A DNA stretch of 63,265 nucleotides, counting the filler. It is 4 parts of 4 records of this genome, joined end to end, with 100 filler letters (N's around TTAATTAATTAA, not from the genome) between each part and the next. Parts side by side here need not be neighbours in the genome. Positions count along the whole stretch, not along the records: positions 43,188 to 63,265 come from SRR22947725_1396; 3 more parts are not named here. One strand, 5' to 3'. The notes below the pieces were generated by a model. The model was not told the origin of the DNA. It did not search any database and saw nothing but the letters and a program-made list of their open reading frames with translations. The translations under genes were made by a program, and so were the position numbers. The stretch's first letter is position 1, and every line of letters starts with the position of its first letter. This document shows positions 60,080 through 63,265 of the stretch, in pieces.

Positions 60080-61051
60080 ATGAAAACAGTTTTTTCTGGA
60101 ATACAGCCAACAGGTAAAGTTCACCTTGGAAATTTTCTAGGTGCTATAAAGAATTGGGTCAGACTATCAAATGAAAAGAATAAAAATTACTTTTGTGTAG
60201 TTGATCTACACTCAGTTACTACACATCCAAACCCTAAAGATTTGAACTCCAATATTGAGCAAACACTTAAGTTGTTAGTAGCCGCGGGTATAAATTTAAA
60301 TAATTCTATAATCTATCCCCAAAGTAAAGTTCCACAGCATGCATATTTATCGTGGATACTCTCTAACTTTTGCCAGGTTGGTGAACTACAGAGGATGACA
60401 CAGTACAAAGAAAAAGCTGATAGTCTTGGTAGTCACTCTGGTATTTTCACTTACCCTGTTCTTATGGCTTCAGACATTTTGATTCATAAAGCCAATGAGG
60501 TACCAGTTGGAGATGACCAAACACAACACTTAGAACTCACAAGAAATATTGCTGAGAGATTTAATAATAATTATGGAAATGTATTCCCTTTGCCTGAAAA
60601 GTCTAGTGGAAAATCAGGTACGAGATTAATGTCTCTTAAGCATCCTGAAGATAAAATGTCGAAAAGTTCTGATGATATCAATGGAACAATATATTTTGAT
60701 GACAGTAGAGACACTATAATTAAAAAGTTTAAGTCCTCAGTAACAGATTCTTCTAATGTCGTAAAGTATGATACTGATAGCAAAAAAGGCATAAGTAATT
60801 TAATTGATATTTATGCATCTATAAAAGACATTTCACACCAAGAAGTTGAGAGACTATTTGAGAACTCACAATATGGAGAATTTAAAATTGCAGTAGGAGA
60901 GACTGTATCAGACTACTTATCTCCTATATATTCAAATTACCAAGAACTAGAGAAAGAAGATCTTTCTCAAGTTCTTGGTAATAATCTTGATCAGGCAAAT
61001 GATTCAGCACAAGAAACGATAAACGAAGTAAATAGTATTTTAGGTCTTTAA
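60080..61051 (+). CDS. trpS: Tryptophan--tRNA ligase
   Basis: SGIQPTG..HLGN, VVDLH, YPVLMASDIL, VPVGDDQ.QHLE, KMSKS. Confidence 0.96.
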   Translation: MKTVFSGIQPTGKVHLGNFLGAIKNWVRLSNEKNKNYFCVVDLHSVTTHPNPKDLNSNIEQTLKLLVAAGINLNNSIIYPQSKVPQHAYLSWILSNFCQVGELQRMTQYKEKADSLGSHSGIFTYPVLMASDILIHKANEVPVGDDQTQHLELTRNIAERFNNNYGNVFPLPEKSSGKSGTRLMSLKHPEDKMSKSSDDINGTIYFDDSRDTIIKKFKSSVTDSSNVVKYDTDSKKGISNLIDIYASIKDISHQEVERLFENSQYGEFKIAVGETVSDYLSPIYSNYQELEKEDLSQVLGNNLDQANDSAQETINEVNSILGL

Positions 61052-61055
61052 ACAG

Positions 61056-63191
61056 ATGCAAGAGATCGTACAGATTCCTGATAACTGGAATAATCTAGTA
61101 AACGAAAAGCAAAAAGAAGCTATTGAGCACACACACGGGCCGTTGTTGATAGTCGCAGGTGCAGGATCTGGAAAAACTAGAGTCTTAACCTACAGGTATG
61201 CTCATCTTGTTATGAGCCATTCAGTGAACTACTCAAATATACTTGCTATTACTTTTACAAATAAAGCTGCAAATGAGATGAAGGAAAGAATTAGTAAACT
61301 TTTAGATTTAGATATTTATCCTAAATGGATTTCCACATTTCATAGTTCCTGTGTAAAAATTTTACGAACCCACGGACATTTGATTGGATATAAAACAAAC
61401 TTTACTATTTACGATCAGTCCGACTCCTCAAAGCTTATTAGAAACTGTATGAGAGACAATGGTGTTGACTTAAAACAGTATTCGCCCAGAAGATTTCAAG
61501 CTAGCATATCTGGTTTAAAAAATATGAGAATAAGTCCTGGTGAGGCTATCGAATCAGCAGAAAGTTTCTTTGATGTAAAAGTTGCAGAAATATATTCATC
61601 TTATGAAAAAAAATTAATGCTTGCTAATAGTATGGATTTTGATGATCTTCTAATAAAAACTGTAGATTTACTTGAAACTAGCGAAGAAGCTCTCAATTAT
61701 TGGTCTTCAAAGTTTAAATATATTATGGTGGACGAATATCAAGATACAAACTTAGTTCAGTACAAACTCATAGAACTTTTATCTTCTAAACATAAAAACC
61801 TATGTGTGGTTGGTGATTCTGATCAGAGTATTTATGCCTTCAGGGGTGCAGATATAAGAAATATCCAAGAATTTGAAAAAGACTTTCAAAATGCAAAAAT
61901 TATTACTTTAGATAAAAATTATCGCTCTTCTCAAAAAATCTTAGATATAGCAAATGCTGTAATTTCTAATAATCCTAGAAGTCAGGATAAAAAATTATGG
62001 ACAGATAACTCTGAAGGACTAGATGTCAATGTTGTTGAGTTTAGTTCAGAGAGAGATGAAGCAAAATGGATAACTTCTGAAATAAAAGAAATATTAGCCA
62101 AAAACAAAAAAACTGAAATAGCTATTTTTTACAGGACTAATAATCAGTCACGAATATTTGAAGAGGAACTAAGAAGAAATAGTATCAACTATAAAGTTGT
62201 TGGAAATGTTAGATTTTATGACAGAAAAGAAATAAAAGATATATTGTCATATTTGAATTTTCTTGTAAATCCAGATGATTCGGTTTCTTTTGAGAGAGTA
62301 CTTAATGTACCTAAAAGGGGAATTGGTGAATCAACTCTCCAAAAATTAAGAGACTTTTCTAATAATAAAAATTCTTCAGTTTCAAATTCATTAGATAATT
62401 TAGAAGAGTTAGACTTTCTATCTGCAAGAGTATTGAACAAGCTTAAGGAATTTAAAGACCTAATTATTGATTTAAAATCTCATGCTATAAAGGGTCCTTC
62501 AGAAGCCATTATTAAAACGTTAGAGTTAACCGGGTATAAAAATCAACTTATCAAAGATGGAACACTGGAGTCTCAGATGAGAATTGAGAATCTAGACGAA
62601 TTAATTAATTCAGCATTTGAGTTTGAAAATCTTTATGAAGAAGATGTTGAAGATCCTTATGTAGTCCTCAGGGACTATCTTGAGTCGCTTGCTTTGTTTA
62701 CAAACACTGACAGCATTGAAGATGAAGACAAAGTTCTATTAATGACCTTGCATAATGCAAAAGGATTAGAATTTCCATATGTATTCATGACCGGGATGGA
62801 GGAAAACATATTCCCTAGTCAAAAATCAGAAAATGATTTTGAGATTCAAGAAGAACGCAGGTTGTGTTATGTGGGAATGACTCGTGCTGAAGAGAAACTT
62901 TTTTTAACCTACTCTCAAACGAGAACACTTTGGGGAGGAACTACATATAATTTAAAAAGTAGATTTTTAGATGAAGCTGAAAGCTATTTTAAAGAAATAA
63001 AAGTTAAGAATCTAAGCTCTCTCAATTCTTTAGCTCCTGATAATGGGAAAGTTGGGAATACAGTCACTCATGAAAAATATGGAAAAGGAATAATTGAAGA
63101 AATCTCTGGCAATGAAATTACAATTAATTTTGGAGAAGAATGGGGAGTTAAATACTTAGATGCTGAGTGGGCCCCTATTAAATTTGATTAA
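61056..63191 (+). CDS. pcrA: ATP-dependent DNA helicase PcrA/UvrD
   Basis: AGAGSGKT, TFTNKAA.EM, VDEYQD, GDSDQSIY.FRGA, HNAKGLEF, EERRL.YVGMTRA; C-terminal Tudor-like domain. Confidence 0.95.
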   Translation: MQEIVQIPDNWNNLVNEKQKEAIEHTHGPLLIVAGAGSGKTRVLTYRYAHLVMSHSVNYSNILAITFTNKAANEMKERISKLLDLDIYPKWISTFHSSCVKILRTHGHLIGYKTNFTIYDQSDSSKLIRNCMRDNGVDLKQYSPRRFQASISGLKNMRISPGEAIESAESFFDVKVAEIYSSYEKKLMLANSMDFDDLLIKTVDLLETSEEALNYWSSKFKYIMVDEYQDTNLVQYKLIELLSSKHKNLCVVGDSDQSIYAFRGADIRNIQEFEKDFQNAKIITLDKNYRSSQKILDIANAVISNNPRSQDKKLWTDNSEGLDVNVVEFSSERDEAKWITSEIKEILAKNKKTEIAIFYRTNNQSRIFEEELRRNSINYKVVGNVRFYDRKEIKDILSYLNFLVNPDDSVSFERVLNVPKRGIGESTLQKLRDFSNNKNSSVSNSLDNLEELDFLSARVLNKLKEFKDLIIDLKSHAIKGPSEAIIKTLELTGYKNQLIKDGTLESQMRIENLDELINSAFEFENLYEEDVEDPYVVLRDYLESLALFTNTDSIEDEDKVLLMTLHNAKGLEFPYVFMTGMEENIFPSQKSENDFEIQEERRLCYVGMTRAEEKLFLTYSQTRTLWGGTTYNLKSRFLDEAESYFKEIKVKNLSSLNSLAPDNGKVGNTVTHEKYGKGIIEEISGNEITINFGEEWGVKYLDAEWAPIKFD

Positions 63192-63243
63192 GAATCTTAC
63201 AGTGCATAAATTAGTGAACATTATATAATTTGTAGGTTAAATT

Positions 63244-63265
63244 ATGGATTTATTTGAATATCAAG
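63244..63265 (+). CDS. sucC: Start of succinyl-CoA synthetase beta subunit (truncated by window end)
   Basis: MDLFEYQ, the typical actinobacterial SucC N-terminus, just after pcrA; TATAAT at 63224-63229. Confidence 0.65.

Noticed and set aside
43188-63265. Global UGA reassignment (code 4 or 25) as the explanation for the in-frame TGA at 55393
   Set aside because: tyrA, cbiQ and the yczE-like gene end at TGA at expected lengths (tyrA and cbiQ overlapping the next start), and the other long genes have no internal TGA, so recoding must be site-specific.

Overview
The window is four unrelated contigs joined by artificial 100-nt spacers (44 N + TTAATTAATTAA + 44 N at 28840-28939, 34699-34798 and 43088-43187). 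Taxonomy below is inferred from gene content and synteny only. Contig A (1-28839) looks PVC-superphylum (Lentisphaera-like): planctomycete-type cytochrome c, apbE, an orphan ftsZ with a degenerate T7 loop, mfd, rpsU, glmM, lemA/TPM, trpE, ilvE, HPr, and four Hanks-type Ser/Thr kinases, three with N-terminal Zn-ribbons, including a tandem pseudokinase/kinase pair followed by a metallophosphoesterase. Contig B (28940-34698) is an AT-rich alphaproteobacterium (map, cinA-like, rhomboid, panC, tRNA-Leu(UAA), alpha-hydroxy acid oxidase, HD hydrolase). Contig C (34799-43087) is Rhodobacteraceae-like (ispB end, ispE, TPR, ETF-QO, greA, moeA-mobB-mobA-fdhD). Contig D (43188-63265) is a streamlined AT-rich actinobacterium (Ca. 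Actinomarina-like; pcrA followed by MDLFEYQ = sucC). It has a nine-gene aromatic amino acid operon behind a candidate attenuator, a peptidase-S51/CysRS-anticodon-domain fusion, and a Fur-cbiQO module. It also has a membrane-anchored thioredoxin-fold gene, truncated in the ORF track, with an in-frame UGA in a UxxC motif followed by a SECIS-like hairpin, i.e. a probable selenoprotein. No CRISPR array, integrase or transposase was seen.
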